A DNA stretch of 64,000 bases from an uncultured virus (IMG/VR IMGVR_UViG_3300021256_000093) (IMGVR_UViG_3300021256_000093), one strand, 5' to 3'. Counted from the stretch's first letter, positions 48,148-58,365 are shown. The notes: generated by a model not told the origin, from the letters alone. A program made the numbers and translations.

Positions 48148-48909
48148 TTATTTTTTAATGTTCCACTCTAAAATATTTATTGTGAGATGAGAATTTTCGA
48201 TGGTATAAGTGCATTTTGTGATTTCGATGACCTTATTCTTAACTCTCTTGCTCTTTCCTTTAATTGTTGGCATGTAATAGGGATAACCATCATAGTAATG
48301 AGCAACCACTTCAGGAAACTTATAGGTTATTGCTGATGTGCTGTAAATACCATCTGCATTGGGGTATCTTAAAATGTGTTCTGTGATAGCTTTTTGGTTT
48401 TCAATTCGCTTGATGATGATTTGCATGTCTGACTGAGCTTTGAGCTCTTCAGGAGTAGTGATTGCCATCTTCTTCGTCACGAATGGACCAATATGAACTT
48501 CTTTTGTTTCGATAACGTATCCATGCGCCTCAAGTACCTTTAAGATGTAACGTTTTTGGTCGTTGTTATCGATGGTCTTGTAGTACCATTCGAGATATTT
48601 CATGTCATTGCACTCATTGATGTTCTGTCCGCGATACTTACCGAAGTGGAATGTCTTAACGCCTGTATAAGTTGTTTCCCACTCACAGAACGTTTTGTTT
48701 TTATTTTCAAGGACCTCAAGGATAGGAAGACCTGGCATCTTCTTTTCTGCGATGTTCTGATATTTAGAAACCTTGCGTCCGTAGATGTAACGCGTGATAG
48801 TTTTGTCGCAACCAGCATAGGGCGAGTAAGTTTCAACGTTAACTGTCCAAACTGCGTAGAACTTGCCAGTGAAACCGAGAACCTTGTTAGAACTGATGAG
48901 AGTAGTCAT
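48148..48909 (-). CDS. hypothetical protein with FGKYRG (DUF3820-like) motif
   Basis: FHFGKYRGQ...YLEW; visibly higher GC than flanks. Confidence 0.7.
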   Translation of the reverse strand: MTTLISSNKVLGFTGKFYAVWTVNVETYSPYAGCDKTITRYIYGRKVSKYQNIAEKKMPGLPILEVLENKNKTFCEWETTYTGVKTFHFGKYRGQNINECNDMKYLEWYYKTIDNNDQKRYILKVLEAHGYVIETKEVHIGPFVTKKMAITTPEELKAQSDMQIIIKRIENQKAITEHILRYPNADGIYSTSAITYKFPEVVAHYYDGYPYYMPTIKGKSKRVKNKVIEITKCTYTIENSHLTINILEWNIKK

Positions 48910-48938
48910 AGTAGTGGTCTTTTATCTGATTACATAAT

Positions 48939-48967
48939 AATATAGTAATTTTTTATATAATGTTTAA
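48939..48967 (-). promoter_or_regulatory. putative class I promoter TTAAAC-N17-TATATT
   Basis: recurring motif; the 16-mer TACATAATAATATAGT at 48931 is shared exactly with 44891. Confidence 0.55.
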
Positions 48968-49129
48968 AAAATAAATAAAAAATATATATATTAATTATTT
49001 ATTATTTATTTTGATTTTAAGGGCCTTTTATACTATGAGATATATATTTACTTATCTTATATAAAAGAAGCCCATAGAATCAATCTATGAGCCAAATAAA
49101 GCATATTATTATAGATATTTATAAAACTA

Positions 49130-49798
49130 TTAACGGAACTGCCTCCAGAATTTATAAACTTGAGCTAATGTTGCTTTTGAGAAGTGTCCTTCGGTATAAT
49201 ATCCTGTAGATAATAGCCTAGTAGGAACTTGCCATGTTGCACCTCTAAGAACTGGTATATACATCTTGATTCCAAATCCAATTTTCATATTAGAGTTTAT
49301 AATAGTTCTCAATCTATCATAAGACATAAACTTACTAGCTTTATGTTGTGGGTCATTGAAGTTCTTATCAAACCAAGGCTTAAAAACTTCATATGTATGA
49401 TTAAGTATTTTCTCTCTTGCGAATGGAGGAAAATAATGAAGGTTCAATCCAATTTCACGAATAACATTATCTTTAGTTCTCGTCAAGCCTATTGAAATAA
49501 TCATAGGTGTAGCATCATAATAGTCAAGCTCTTCTTTATATTTGGGTTCTTGATAGAAAAATGTATATACATTACCAGGAAGCATATATTTTGTAGTTGC
49601 TTTAGCATTTTTCATCAACTCGCGATATGCTAACTTAGAACGAATTAATGTTGGACGAAAATGAAGTGGATGAATGTCAATAGCTTCATCTAATTTATAA
49701 TTCTTTATTTCTTCATCATCATAAATCTTAGTAGATATATCTTTAATATTAGTATTTTTACCTACTGTTATTTTAGATGGTTTTTGAATAATTGCCAT
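49130..49798 (-). CDS. DNA end protector protein, T4 gp2-like
   Basis: PGNVYTFFY, KYKEELDYYDATP, GLNLHYFPPxAR, IKMY. Confidence 0.85.
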   Translation of the reverse strand: MAIIQKPSKITVGKNTNIKDISTKIYDDEEIKNYKLDEAIDIHPLHFRPTLIRSKLAYRELMKNAKATTKYMLPGNVYTFFYQEPKYKEELDYYDATPMIISIGLTRTKDNVIREIGLNLHYFPPFAREKILNHTYEVFKPWFDKNFNDPQHKASKFMSYDRLRTIINSNMKIGFGIKMYIPVLRGATWQVPTRLLSTGYYTEGHFSKATLAQVYKFWRQFR

Positions 49799-49833
49799 AA
49801 ATATATTATAATCAATATATATATTAAAAATAA

Positions 49834-50364
49834 TTATTCAATAATATCTTCTAGTTTACTTAGAATATATTGAACATTATTACTATTTAGATGATATGTA
49901 TTTTGAAGTTCTCCTTGAATATATTTCTTAATAGTTTCTATAGATACCCTCTGATTATACTTTTTCTTTAATTCTTGATATATATTTGCAATATTTATAA
50001 TGATATCATCAGTGCTTGCAAACTCTTTCTTCATAGAGATTTTATATAGGTTTGAAAATATCTCTAATAAATATTGAAATGCTAATTGTGATTTATTTTG
50101 TATAGGTATAATATCTTGTATATTTTTTTCTTCTTGAGTATATACTTCAGATTCAATATTATATATAAAATAGCAAATTTTAGTTATACTATAATACTTA
50201 GTATTGATACATGTATTATCTAGATATGAAGAAAATTCAATATCATTTAATAATGAATTAATTAAGTCTGAAGAATCATTATAATAATATAAAATAGGAT
50301 ATTTAGTTTGATTAAGTAAGAGATTATCAGTAGTAATTATATTGATTGATATTAATTTATCCAT
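49834..50364 (-). CDS. hypothetical protein
   Basis: 176-aa ORF; exact class II motif on the minus strand at 50385-50398. Confidence 0.65.
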   Translation of the reverse strand: MDKLISINIITTDNLLLNQTKYPILYYYNDSSDLINSLLNDIEFSSYLDNTCINTKYYSITKICYFIYNIESEVYTQEEKNIQDIIPIQNKSQLAFQYLLEIFSNLYKISMKKEFASTDDIIINIANIYQELKKKYNQRVSIETIKKYIQGELQNTYHLNSNNVQYILSKLEDIIE

Positions 50365-50412
50365 ATACGTTATTTTTATTTAGATATATATAAAAATATA
50401 TAGTATTTATTT

Positions 50413-51138
50413 ATGAAAATATTAAATAATTTATTAAGTTTATTTAAGAATACGATTCTTAAAATAACTTTGAAGGATGTAGTATATTTATTGATAATTA
50501 TGCTCTTCATAGGATTACTAAGTACCTCAGTGAGTAGATGTTCAGATATTAAAAGGCAATATAAGAATAATATTGCTGCAATGAATGATTCAATTCGTTA
50601 TCTCAAAGCAAAAAATGGAGATTTAGTAGCAACCAAATTAGCTTTTGAAACAGGTATTAAAGATTTGAAGATGCTAAATGAAGAATTGTATGATGAAATT
50701 CAAAATATCAAAATGAAAGGTGATGTAACATCAGGAACACATTTTGAAGGAGTTATTGAGTATGAAGTACATGATACTGCTTATGTTGTATTACATGATA
50801 CTATTGATCAAGGTTTCAAACATGATTTTGCATTCAATAATGAATATCGTACATTAGAAGGAAACGTAAATTATCAGAATGATACTGTCGGCGTGAATAT
50901 ATTAAAAGATGAAACTAAATTTGATTATACTGTAGCAATGGATGATAAGAATAATATTTATATTACATCATCTAATCCTTATGTAAAATATAATCAAATT
51001 ACAGGATTTCAAGTTCCTAAGCAAAGACAAAAACGATGGTATGTTGGTCCTTCAGTAGGTATTGGATATGACCCTTGGCATAATACTGTTTCACCTACTA
51101 TTGGAGTTTCATTTGGATTTGGATTAATTAGATTTTAA
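50413..51138 (+). CDS. membrane-anchored coiled-coil protein with C-terminal beta-hairpin (candidate spanin-like lysis protein)
   Basis: N-terminal TM followed by Cys; coiled coil; WYVGPSVGIGY...IGVSFGFGLIRF ending in Phe. Confidence 0.55.
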   Translation: MKILNNLLSLFKNTILKITLKDVVYLLIIMLFIGLLSTSVSRCSDIKRQYKNNIAAMNDSIRYLKAKNGDLVATKLAFETGIKDLKMLNEELYDEIQNIKMKGDVTSGTHFEGVIEYEVHDTAYVVLHDTIDQGFKHDFAFNNEYRTLEGNVNYQNDTVGVNILKDETKFDYTVAMDDKNNIYITSSNPYVKYNQITGFQVPKQRQKRWYVGPSVGIGYDPWHNTVSPTIGVSFGFGLIRF

Positions 51139-51160
51139 ATTTCTAAATAATAATTAGAAT

Positions 51161-51192
51161 AAAAATGGAATGCTTTAAGCATTCCATTTTTT
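51161..51192. terminator. bidirectional intrinsic terminator
   Basis: AAAAATGGAATGC-TTTAA-GCATTCCATTTTT. Confidence 0.88.
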
Positions 51193-51662
51193 TATTTTTT
51201 AAGTTTACTTCCATATTCTTGAATTATATATACCAATTGAGAATTATTATGAATTTCATAAATAAAACATGAATGTTCAGTAGTATGTAAAAAATTCAAA
51301 ATAAGTGAAGATGAAGATATATGGTCTTTATACTTAAATATAATTCGTAAAGCATGTGTTCTATCTAAGAAATTCGTAAATGCATCTGAATTATCTATAA
51401 GATATAATAAATTAGAGTCTTTAGAAGTATTAGAAGATAGAAATTTATAATCTCCATTCAATATACTTAAATATTTATCAATTATAATATTTTCTATTTG
51501 CTTAGAACAATTTAATGTATCACGTAAATCTTTAATACTTACAAAATTACCATTACCATATTTATCTTTAAATTCTTTTAATGATTTTGATTGAGAATTT
51601 ACAATATGAGTGTTTTTATTAATCTCAAATTTTTCTTGAATATAACTATCTAATTCTTTCAT
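51192..51662 (-). CDS. hypothetical protein with capsid-targeting-like leader
   Basis: MKELDSYIQEKFEINKNT. Confidence 0.8.
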   Translation of the reverse strand: MKELDSYIQEKFEINKNTHIVNSQSKSLKEFKDKYGNGNFVSIKDLRDTLNCSKQIENIIIDKYLSILNGDYKFLSSNTSKDSNLLYLIDNSDAFTNFLDRTHALRIIFKYKDHISSSSLILNFLHTTEHSCFIYEIHNNSQLVYIIQEYGSKLKK

Positions 51663-51665
51663 AAA

Positions 51666-52193
51666 TTATTTTTGATTTTTTATTTCTACTGCGATAATTT
51701 GTAAAGTATCGATAAATAAATCATAGTTTGTTACATCTTCAGGTTCTTCATTTTGATTTAAATATATATTCTGATCAACTTCTTTCCATTTATATAAAGA
51801 TGTTAATTTATCTGTTAAATTAGATATTAAATCATAAATATCTTTATATCCCTTACCATCATTATTATACATATCTTGAATGATTTCTTTCTTAGATTTA
51901 TCATTCATTTGAGATAGAGCTTTATATACACCTCTTTCCCATAATTTTTTACATGTATCATCATTAGAAATCAAATATGTAATATCGCCAATCCATGCTT
52001 TAATACCATCTTTACCAACACTTTTATAAGTACCCGTCGTTGATTTAGCTAATGAATCAATCTTTATTTTTGCTTTATTGATACGATTCATAATATCTTG
52101 TGTTTTCTTGAACTTTCCAAATACATTATCAATAAATGCTTCTTGAACAATTTGATATTGACTTTCTAATATATATTGATATAATGCTTTCAT
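51666..52193 (-). CDS. hypothetical protein with capsid-targeting-like leader
   Basis: MKALYQYILE...IVQE. Confidence 0.75.
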   Translation of the reverse strand: MKALYQYILESQYQIVQEAFIDNVFGKFKKTQDIMNRINKAKIKIDSLAKSTTGTYKSVGKDGIKAWIGDITYLISNDDTCKKLWERGVYKALSQMNDKSKKEIIQDMYNNDGKGYKDIYDLISNLTDKLTSLYKWKEVDQNIYLNQNEEPEDVTNYDLFIDTLQIIAVEIKNQK

Positions 52194-52222
52194 ATATAAT
52201 AACTAACTAATTTAGATAATAA

Positions 52223-54733
52223 TTAATTTAATTTAAAGTCGTAAGGAACTAGATTATAATATAATTTCAATGGATATTTCTTTGCAAGGTTTTTAATAAT
52301 TTCATTATTTTCATTAGTTACAAAGAAAATCATACCTTTGACATCTTTAATAAATTTCTCTACCTTTTGTTCATTAATACCAGGGAATTGAGCATCTGTA
52401 ATCACAATAACTAAAAGACTACTTTCATCAGATTTTGAAATATCTTCTAATAAATCTTCAAATGGCAATGTACAACCGCGATCACTTACACGAGTTCCCC
52501 ATTTAATTTCGGTAATATCATCATTGAAAATATTTAATTTGAATTTAACATCTTCAACTACTGACATATCTCCAAACTCTTCAACTAATCCATCACCAAT
52601 TGTATATACAGCTTCCCATACATTATCTAATTTACCACCCATAGAACCAGATATATCAACATAGAATGTAGGATTAACAATTAATCTTTCATCTATTACT
52701 TTCTTACCTGGTTGTATAAAATCTCCAGGTTTTACATATCCTGCCCTACGATAAGTTTTTTGATATGTTTTCTTATATCTACGATTATATTCTTGTACAA
52801 CAGATTCTACGTAAGTACAAATTTCAGCTTCTAACTTTTGATTCCATCCATGAGTACCTTTTGGAACATTAATTTCGATACCATTCTTTTGTAATTGAGA
52901 TGCAGATTGACATTTCTTTAAGAATTCACCAAAATCACCAGTTATCTTACCAATATACTTTTTACGAGTAGCTTCATTTCTTTCACGAAGTTTCTTTCTA
53001 TCTTCTTTTGAAATTTGATATGCATTACCAAATCCACTATCTTTATTTGGATTATAACCAGCACCACCACTACCTTGACTTGAATCAGATGCATTAGAAC
53101 TAAATCCTTCTGTATCAGGTTGACTTGGCATTGATTTATTTAATTCTCGTTTTGCTTTTGTTGCTTGGTCAATTGCATCTTGAGCAGCTTTCTTAGCTTC
53201 ATCAGGATTACCATTCTTTGCTGCTGATTTTGCTTTATCTGCTGCATCTTTAGCTTTATCTGCTGCTTTTTGTGCTTCTTCTGCACATTCTTCAGCATTC
53301 TTCAAGTCATCAGCTAACGCTTTAGCTTTTGATTTATTTCCTGAGTTTTTAGCATTTTCTGTTGCTTTCTTAAGTTTCTTGACGATATCTTTAATTGCAT
53401 CAGCATATGTCTGCGCATCTTTTGCAGCAGAAGAAGCAGATGTTGAATTCTCTGATGGAGTCTTAATTTTCTCAGAAGCAGATTGTGCTTTATTTTGACT
53501 ATCTGCTGCATCATTAGCTGAATCTTTAGCACTCTTCATATCTCCATCTTTCTCTGCTTGTTTTGCTTTATCTGCCGCAGCTTGAGCATCAGAAGCAGCT
53601 TTCTTAGCATCATTAGCTGCATTTTGTGCATCTTGAGCTTGCTTTGATTTACTTGTTGAATCACTAGCATTATTCTTAACTGCTTCTTCTGCTTCTTTTT
53701 TCATTTTATCTGCTGTCTTTTGTGCTTCAGATGCTGCATCTTTTGCTGAGTCTGCTGAACTTTGTGCAGATTGTGATGGTGAGCTTTGACCACCTTGTCC
53801 ACCTTGTTGATTTTGTTGTTTAGGCATATTCCAAGGTATTTGCGGTAAATTAGAACCTTCTGAAGAACTACCAGAATTATCTGAAGATATATCAATACCA
53901 TTTTCCATACCTTCTTTAATTTGAGCGATTACATCATTATATCCTTGGTCATAATCATTCTTAGCTTTTGAAGGCTTATATGATAATGGATCAACTTTTT
54001 TATCTAATACATCTTTAATACCTTGAGTCCAGCCTTTAACATAATCATCTGAAAAATCACCTTGAGGTGGTTGTGGTGGTTGAGGTCCTCCATCAGATTG
54101 ATTTACTGATTTAGGATCAATTGTACCATTAAAATCATCTGCAGCTTGACATCGTTTATCTTTTTTAACCTCATCAGCTACTTTTAATAATTTATAATAT
54201 AATGATAATTGGGTATCTTGTCTAAAATCATATTTAACATTAAAAGTTTTTTCCAAATATTCTGGAGTAATTAACATATCTGGCGCTTCCTTCTTTAAGC
54301 ATCTAGATAAATAATCATTAATAACACAGTCAGAAGCAACATTTAAAATATTATGATTATACGAGCCTGAATCTTGAATAATCTTATCTCTAACTTTAAA
54401 TGTTTCCCATAATTGGTGTAAGCATTCATGGCAGAAAATAAAATCCCATTTACGAATACTATCTCCAATGTGCTGATTAGGTGCTTTCATCCAGATAATT
54501 CCATCCTCATCTGTACATGCTACCTCACATTTAGCATCACTATCAAAAGTAAAGCAAATTGATGGAACCATATCATAGAAAAACTTATTCTTTTCTTGAT
54601 AAGCTTTTGTATTGATATATTCGACCATTGATACTCTCCACTTTTCTTTATGGTCTACTTCTGAAACTGCTATTAATGAATCTTTTAATGTTGAAAATAT
54701 TTTACTATTTAATAAAGTACTTGTAATTTCCAT
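52223..54733 (-). CDS. HExxH metallopeptidase-like + vWA protein (DUF2201-like) with an Ala/Lys/Asp-rich helical insert
   Basis: HECLH...NVASDCVIN; VDISGSM MIDAS, GCT, ITDA; central AxxAADKAK repeats. Confidence 0.85.
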   Translation of the reverse strand: MEITSTLLNSKIFSTLKDSLIAVSEVDHKEKWRVSMVEYINTKAYQEKNKFFYDMVPSICFTFDSDAKCEVACTDEDGIIWMKAPNQHIGDSIRKWDFIFCHECLHQLWETFKVRDKIIQDSGSYNHNILNVASDCVINDYLSRCLKKEAPDMLITPEYLEKTFNVKYDFRQDTQLSLYYKLLKVADEVKKDKRCQAADDFNGTIDPKSVNQSDGGPQPPQPPQGDFSDDYVKGWTQGIKDVLDKKVDPLSYKPSKAKNDYDQGYNDVIAQIKEGMENGIDISSDNSGSSSEGSNLPQIPWNMPKQQNQQGGQGGQSSPSQSAQSSADSAKDAASEAQKTADKMKKEAEEAVKNNASDSTSKSKQAQDAQNAANDAKKAASDAQAAADKAKQAEKDGDMKSAKDSANDAADSQNKAQSASEKIKTPSENSTSASSAAKDAQTYADAIKDIVKKLKKATENAKNSGNKSKAKALADDLKNAEECAEEAQKAADKAKDAADKAKSAAKNGNPDEAKKAAQDAIDQATKAKRELNKSMPSQPDTEGFSSNASDSSQGSGGAGYNPNKDSGFGNAYQISKEDRKKLRERNEATRKKYIGKITGDFGEFLKKCQSASQLQKNGIEINVPKGTHGWNQKLEAEICTYVESVVQEYNRRYKKTYQKTYRRAGYVKPGDFIQPGKKVIDERLIVNPTFYVDISGSMGGKLDNVWEAVYTIGDGLVEEFGDMSVVEDVKFKLNIFNDDITEIKWGTRVSDRGCTLPFEDLLEDISKSDESSLLVIVITDAQFPGINEQKVEKFIKDVKGMIFFVTNENNEIIKNLAKKYPLKLYYNLVPYDFKLN

Positions 54734-54753
54734 TTAATGACTTTAAACTATTT

Positions 54754-55104
54754 TTATTTTTCACAATCACATATCATATTCATTGGTTTAAAGTCAGGAT
54801 AAAAATACTTTAAATCATCTTCATAATAATATGGATGCATATTTTGAATCTTTTTAGAAATTAATTTATACGATACGCAATTTCTTTTTGAGATTAATGA
54901 ATTAGGATCACGAATAATAAATTCTACATTATCCTTTAATGCATCATTATAATTTGTTGTTAAATCATAATCATAATAATGCGTACCTGATTTAGGGTCT
55001 TCCATAACTCTAATCAATGGATTTACTGCAAAATCAAAAAATTCATCATCATTTTCAAAACACATTACCTTTGGACAAGGTTCTAAATTCATATTTTCTT
55101 CCAT
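54754..55104 (-). CDS. hypothetical protein
   Basis: 116-aa ORF preceded by a CTATATT motif at 55139-55145. Confidence 0.7.
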   Translation of the reverse strand: MEENMNLEPCPKVMCFENDDEFFDFAVNPLIRVMEDPKSGTHYYDYDLTTNYNDALKDNVEFIIRDPNSLISKRNCVSYKLISKKIQNMHPYYYEDDLKYFYPDFKPMNMICDCEK

Positions 55105-55164
55105 AATTATGTAAAATTAAAATTATACTTATATTATAAATATAGTTAAAATTTTAAAAAAATT

Positions 55165-56541
55165 TTATTTTTTAGTTGCGTATTCTCGTATTGTCTTACG
55201 TTTTTTCACAGGCTCTGGTTTTTTAGTTGCTTGAGTTTTCTTAGTAAGCATGAAATCCATACTAGGATCACAAGGGTCTAAATATCCTGCATTCTTAAAT
55301 TCTTTATCAGTTTTATATTTATACTTGATACCATCTGCTTCAAGCATATCAATTAATTTCTCTAATGATTCTTTATTTCCAATTTCTTTATTAATTGGTA
55401 ATTTACGAACATTTTCTTGAGATATACCAAATTCTTCACCTTGTGCATCACCAGGCATATATCCTAATTCAATACCTTGTTTAATAGCTTCAACAACATG
55501 GTCAGGAATCATTAAGATATTCTTACCTCTATCATCATCTGAACTTCCTGCTAAGTTACCTTGAACAAAGTCATAGCATGATTCAGCTAATTCTGATAAT
55601 TCATCTTCACCTGATTGTGATAAATTATCTTTAGCAATTCTTTGTAAACGATTAAGATAGAATTTAGGTTTAATAAATTTAGCTTTACTAATATTCTTTT
55701 TAAGATTGAATACTGTATCAATGATAAAGTCATCGATATCACGAGGATTCTTAAATAAGTCACATTTTGGTTGAACTGCATCAAATAATTCTTCTGCACC
55801 ATCATATGCACTATACTTTTTACGTAAGTGTCTAAATGCAGATGCCCAGTCACCACTTTGCCATCTAATAATACCACCAAAACGAGAAAGCAATGGAGCA
55901 GACATTTTATGTACACCACCACGGTTTTCTTCTTCGAGGTTACCAGCACCACAACGAATAGTATTCTTAAGTTTATGACCACAAACAACACCTTCTTTAA
56001 TAATAGGCATAAGAGCATTCATAACATCTGGCTGTGCTTGGTTCATTTCATCAAAGAAAAGTAAGAACTTAGTATTTTTATTAGTAGCGATAACGTGTGC
56101 CCATGCAGGCATATTATATCGCGTATAACCTCTACCTTCCTTATCAACAGCATTAACAGGCATACCACCTAAGTCAGTAATATCGCATTTATCAAGATAA
56201 ACAATACATACAGTATATCCAAACTTATGCGCCATCTTTTTAATGACAGATGTTTTACCCCAGCCAGCTTCACCTTGTACAAAGAATGGTTTCTCAGAGG
56301 CTAATGCCATTGCAATTTCAGTTTCATTATCACTAATATTTTCAGGGTCAATATCTTCTAATAAATCATCCTCTGTAGGTGGCTCGAACTCATAAACACC
56401 CATAGAATCATTTTCTTCAGCATCTAAACCTTTAACATCTTTAAGTTCAGGTTTTTCTTGCTCCTTTTCTTTATTAGCATCTTTACGTGGACGACCACGA
56501 CCTGCTTCAGTAACAAATTGAGATAATTGTTTAATTTCCAT
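55165..56541 (-). CDS. MoxR-like AAA+ ATPase with N-terminal AT-hook
   Basis: GEAGWGKT, DLGGMP, LLFFDEMN, GAGN, PLLSRF; RGRPRK after FVTE. Confidence 0.88.
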   Translation of the reverse strand: MEIKQLSQFVTEAGRGRPRKDANKEKEQEKPELKDVKGLDAEENDSMGVYEFEPPTEDDLLEDIDPENISDNETEIAMALASEKPFFVQGEAGWGKTSVIKKMAHKFGYTVCIVYLDKCDITDLGGMPVNAVDKEGRGYTRYNMPAWAHVIATNKNTKFLLFFDEMNQAQPDVMNALMPIIKEGVVCGHKLKNTIRCGAGNLEEENRGGVHKMSAPLLSRFGGIIRWQSGDWASAFRHLRKKYSAYDGAEELFDAVQPKCDLFKNPRDIDDFIIDTVFNLKKNISKAKFIKPKFYLNRLQRIAKDNLSQSGEDELSELAESCYDFVQGNLAGSSDDDRGKNILMIPDHVVEAIKQGIELGYMPGDAQGEEFGISQENVRKLPINKEIGNKESLEKLIDMLEADGIKYKYKTDKEFKNAGYLDPCDPSMDFMLTKKTQATKKPEPVKKRKTIREYATKK

Positions 56542-56564
56542 ATATTTAATATTTTTTATATATT

Positions 56565-57089
56565 TTATTTACGATATTCTAATGAATCTTCGTCAAACTT
56601 AATTTCAATAGGATATTTATTATAATTATTTGATTCAGCTGCTTTGAATATATCTTTAAGTTTTTCTTCAACTGTATCATCATCTACACCAGTCAAGTCA
56701 AATAAATTAAATGTTATAATATACTTAAGATTTTTGATTCTAAAATATTCTAATTTAATATCATCATTATTTGACTTACTAGTATCATATTTAGAATCCC
56801 ATTCTATATAATCTTTAGGTTCTATATCAAAATGTTCAAATGTATCATATTCAAAATGTGCATCTGAAATACTTTTACTATTTACACCAAAAAGTTTATG
56901 TGATTTAGTATCAGAAGATGGCAATTCATTAAGCCATTTATCATCTAAATAAATTTGAATATCTGACTCACTATATGTTTCAGGAGCTTGTATAATAAGT
57001 TCATCTGGCTGTACAAAATATGTCGCAATTACTTCAGTTAATCGATATATGTCTACAGCTTCAATAATAAATTGTTGTAATGATTTCAT
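56565..57089 (-). CDS. acidic hypothetical protein with capsid-targeting-like leader
   Basis: MKSLQQFIIE. Confidence 0.75.
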   Translation of the reverse strand: MKSLQQFIIEAVDIYRLTEVIATYFVQPDELIIQAPETYSESDIQIYLDDKWLNELPSSDTKSHKLFGVNSKSISDAHFEYDTFEHFDIEPKDYIEWDSKYDTSKSNNDDIKLEYFRIKNLKYIITFNLFDLTGVDDDTVEEKLKDIFKAAESNNYNKYPIEIKFDEDSLEYRK

Positions 57090-57105
57090 AACGTATAATA
57101 TATAT

Positions 57106-57149
57106 CTTATATAAAAATAAAAAAACTAATCAAATATTGATTAGCTTTT
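57106..57149 (-). terminator. terminator (57121-57149) directly followed by a class II-like promoter motif (57106-57119)
   Basis: CTAATCAA/TTGATTAG hairpin; TATTTTTATATAAG on the minus strand. Confidence 0.6.
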
Positions 57150-57173
57150 ATAATTAAAAATTTTAAATATAAT

Positions 57174-57581
57174 TTAAACTTTTCGATACATTTTTTCTCT
57201 AATGTTAAAATCTGTTTTAGAACCTTTATTTTCTACAAATCCAAATTTTTTATAAAACTTTTGTAATCTAGAAACTGAAGAAGCTCCAAATGATTTATCT
57301 GGAGTCAAACAAATTATCTTCCCATACATATCTGCCCATCTGCATAGGTCTCTCATAAATATACTACCATATCCATTTCCTTTATCATTCATAATAATTT
57401 TATCTAATGTAATATAATCATCATTATCATTTAAAGTCTTAGATATAGTTAACTCTTTTAAATTATATTTTTCTTTTAAGCTATCAGTAGCAAATATAAC
57501 TTTACTATTATTCAAACCATTTAAAAATTCAAATAGTTCATTAGATAATGCTTCAATAATATAACTATTTAATGTTTTCAT
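57174..57581 (-). CDS. GNAT-family acetyltransferase with capsid-targeting-like leader
   Basis: MKTLNSYIIE; KGNGYGS acetyl-CoA motif; LQKFYKKFGF. Confidence 0.85.
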   Translation of the reverse strand: MKTLNSYIIEALSNELFEFLNGLNNSKVIFATDSLKEKYNLKELTISKTLNDNDDYITLDKIIMNDKGNGYGSIFMRDLCRWADMYGKIICLTPDKSFGASSVSRLQKFYKKFGFVENKGSKTDFNIREKMYRKV

Positions 57582-57583
57582 AT

Positions 57584-58357
57584 TTATTTAAACTTATTAT
57601 ATGCTGCTGCTAATTTCTGGTCATATTTATTTGCTTTATATCCTGAGCCATTATATCGATATGCTATTTGTGCCCAGTTCTTTTGTTGCATATAAGGTAC
57701 AATACCTTTTGCTTTAATGAACTTAATAAATGAATAAAAATGAGTATCTTCAGATTTGCATAATGCTTGGTAGAATTCTTTAGCTGAATTATATCCACAT
57801 ACCTTATAGTTAAGACCCATTATTTGGAACATACCATAAGAAGCAGATTCATATGCTGCAGCTTCATTAATCTTAATTGCTTTTTGAAGACGTGCATATT
57901 CACCTGAATTCTTACCAGTGTAATGGGATTTAGTCCATTTAGGATAAAGAATATCTTCATTACCTTTTACATATTTATTAGGGTCAATTTTACGTGCTTG
58001 TAATTGCTTCCAAAATACATGACCTTCAAATAACATTGTAGGTATACCATTTTGCATAGCCACACCGCCACATTCTACTGTCTTAACTGCTTTCAATACT
58101 GCAACTTCAACATTAAGTTCAACAGCTGCTTTAATATAGTCGGCATCTGTTAATTTATTTGATTTTAAATCATTTTCAATTAACTTTAGCCATGTTTTAG
58201 GACCTACAATTCCATCAGCTAATAATCCATGGTCAGTTTGCCATTTCTTAACTGCTTCTGTAGTCTTAGGACCCCATACACCATCTTGAGTAACACCCAT
58301 ATATTTTTGGAGTAACTTAACATCTCCACCTTTAGAACCTTGTTTAATAGTATTCAT
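57584..58357 (-). CDS. endolysin: peptidoglycan-binding domain + DUF3380 N-acetylmuramidase
   Basis: DGVWGPKT...DGIVGPKTW; LFEGHVF, SASYGMFQIMGLNY, YNGSGY, YDQKL. Confidence 0.93.
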   Translation of the reverse strand: MNTIKQGSKGGDVKLLQKYMGVTQDGVWGPKTTEAVKKWQTDHGLLADGIVGPKTWLKLIENDLKSNKLTDADYIKAAVELNVEVAVLKAVKTVECGGVAMQNGIPTMLFEGHVFWKQLQARKIDPNKYVKGNEDILYPKWTKSHYTGKNSGEYARLQKAIKINEAAAYESASYGMFQIMGLNYKVCGYNSAKEFYQALCKSEDTHFYSFIKFIKAKGIVPYMQQKNWAQIAYRYNGSGYKANKYDQKLAAAYNKFK

Positions 58358-58365
58358 AATATTTT

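Noticed and set aside
48910..49129. tRNA or known ncRNA in the largest intergenic gap
   Set aside because: There is no cloverleaf or T-loop motif; the region is reported only as hairpins.
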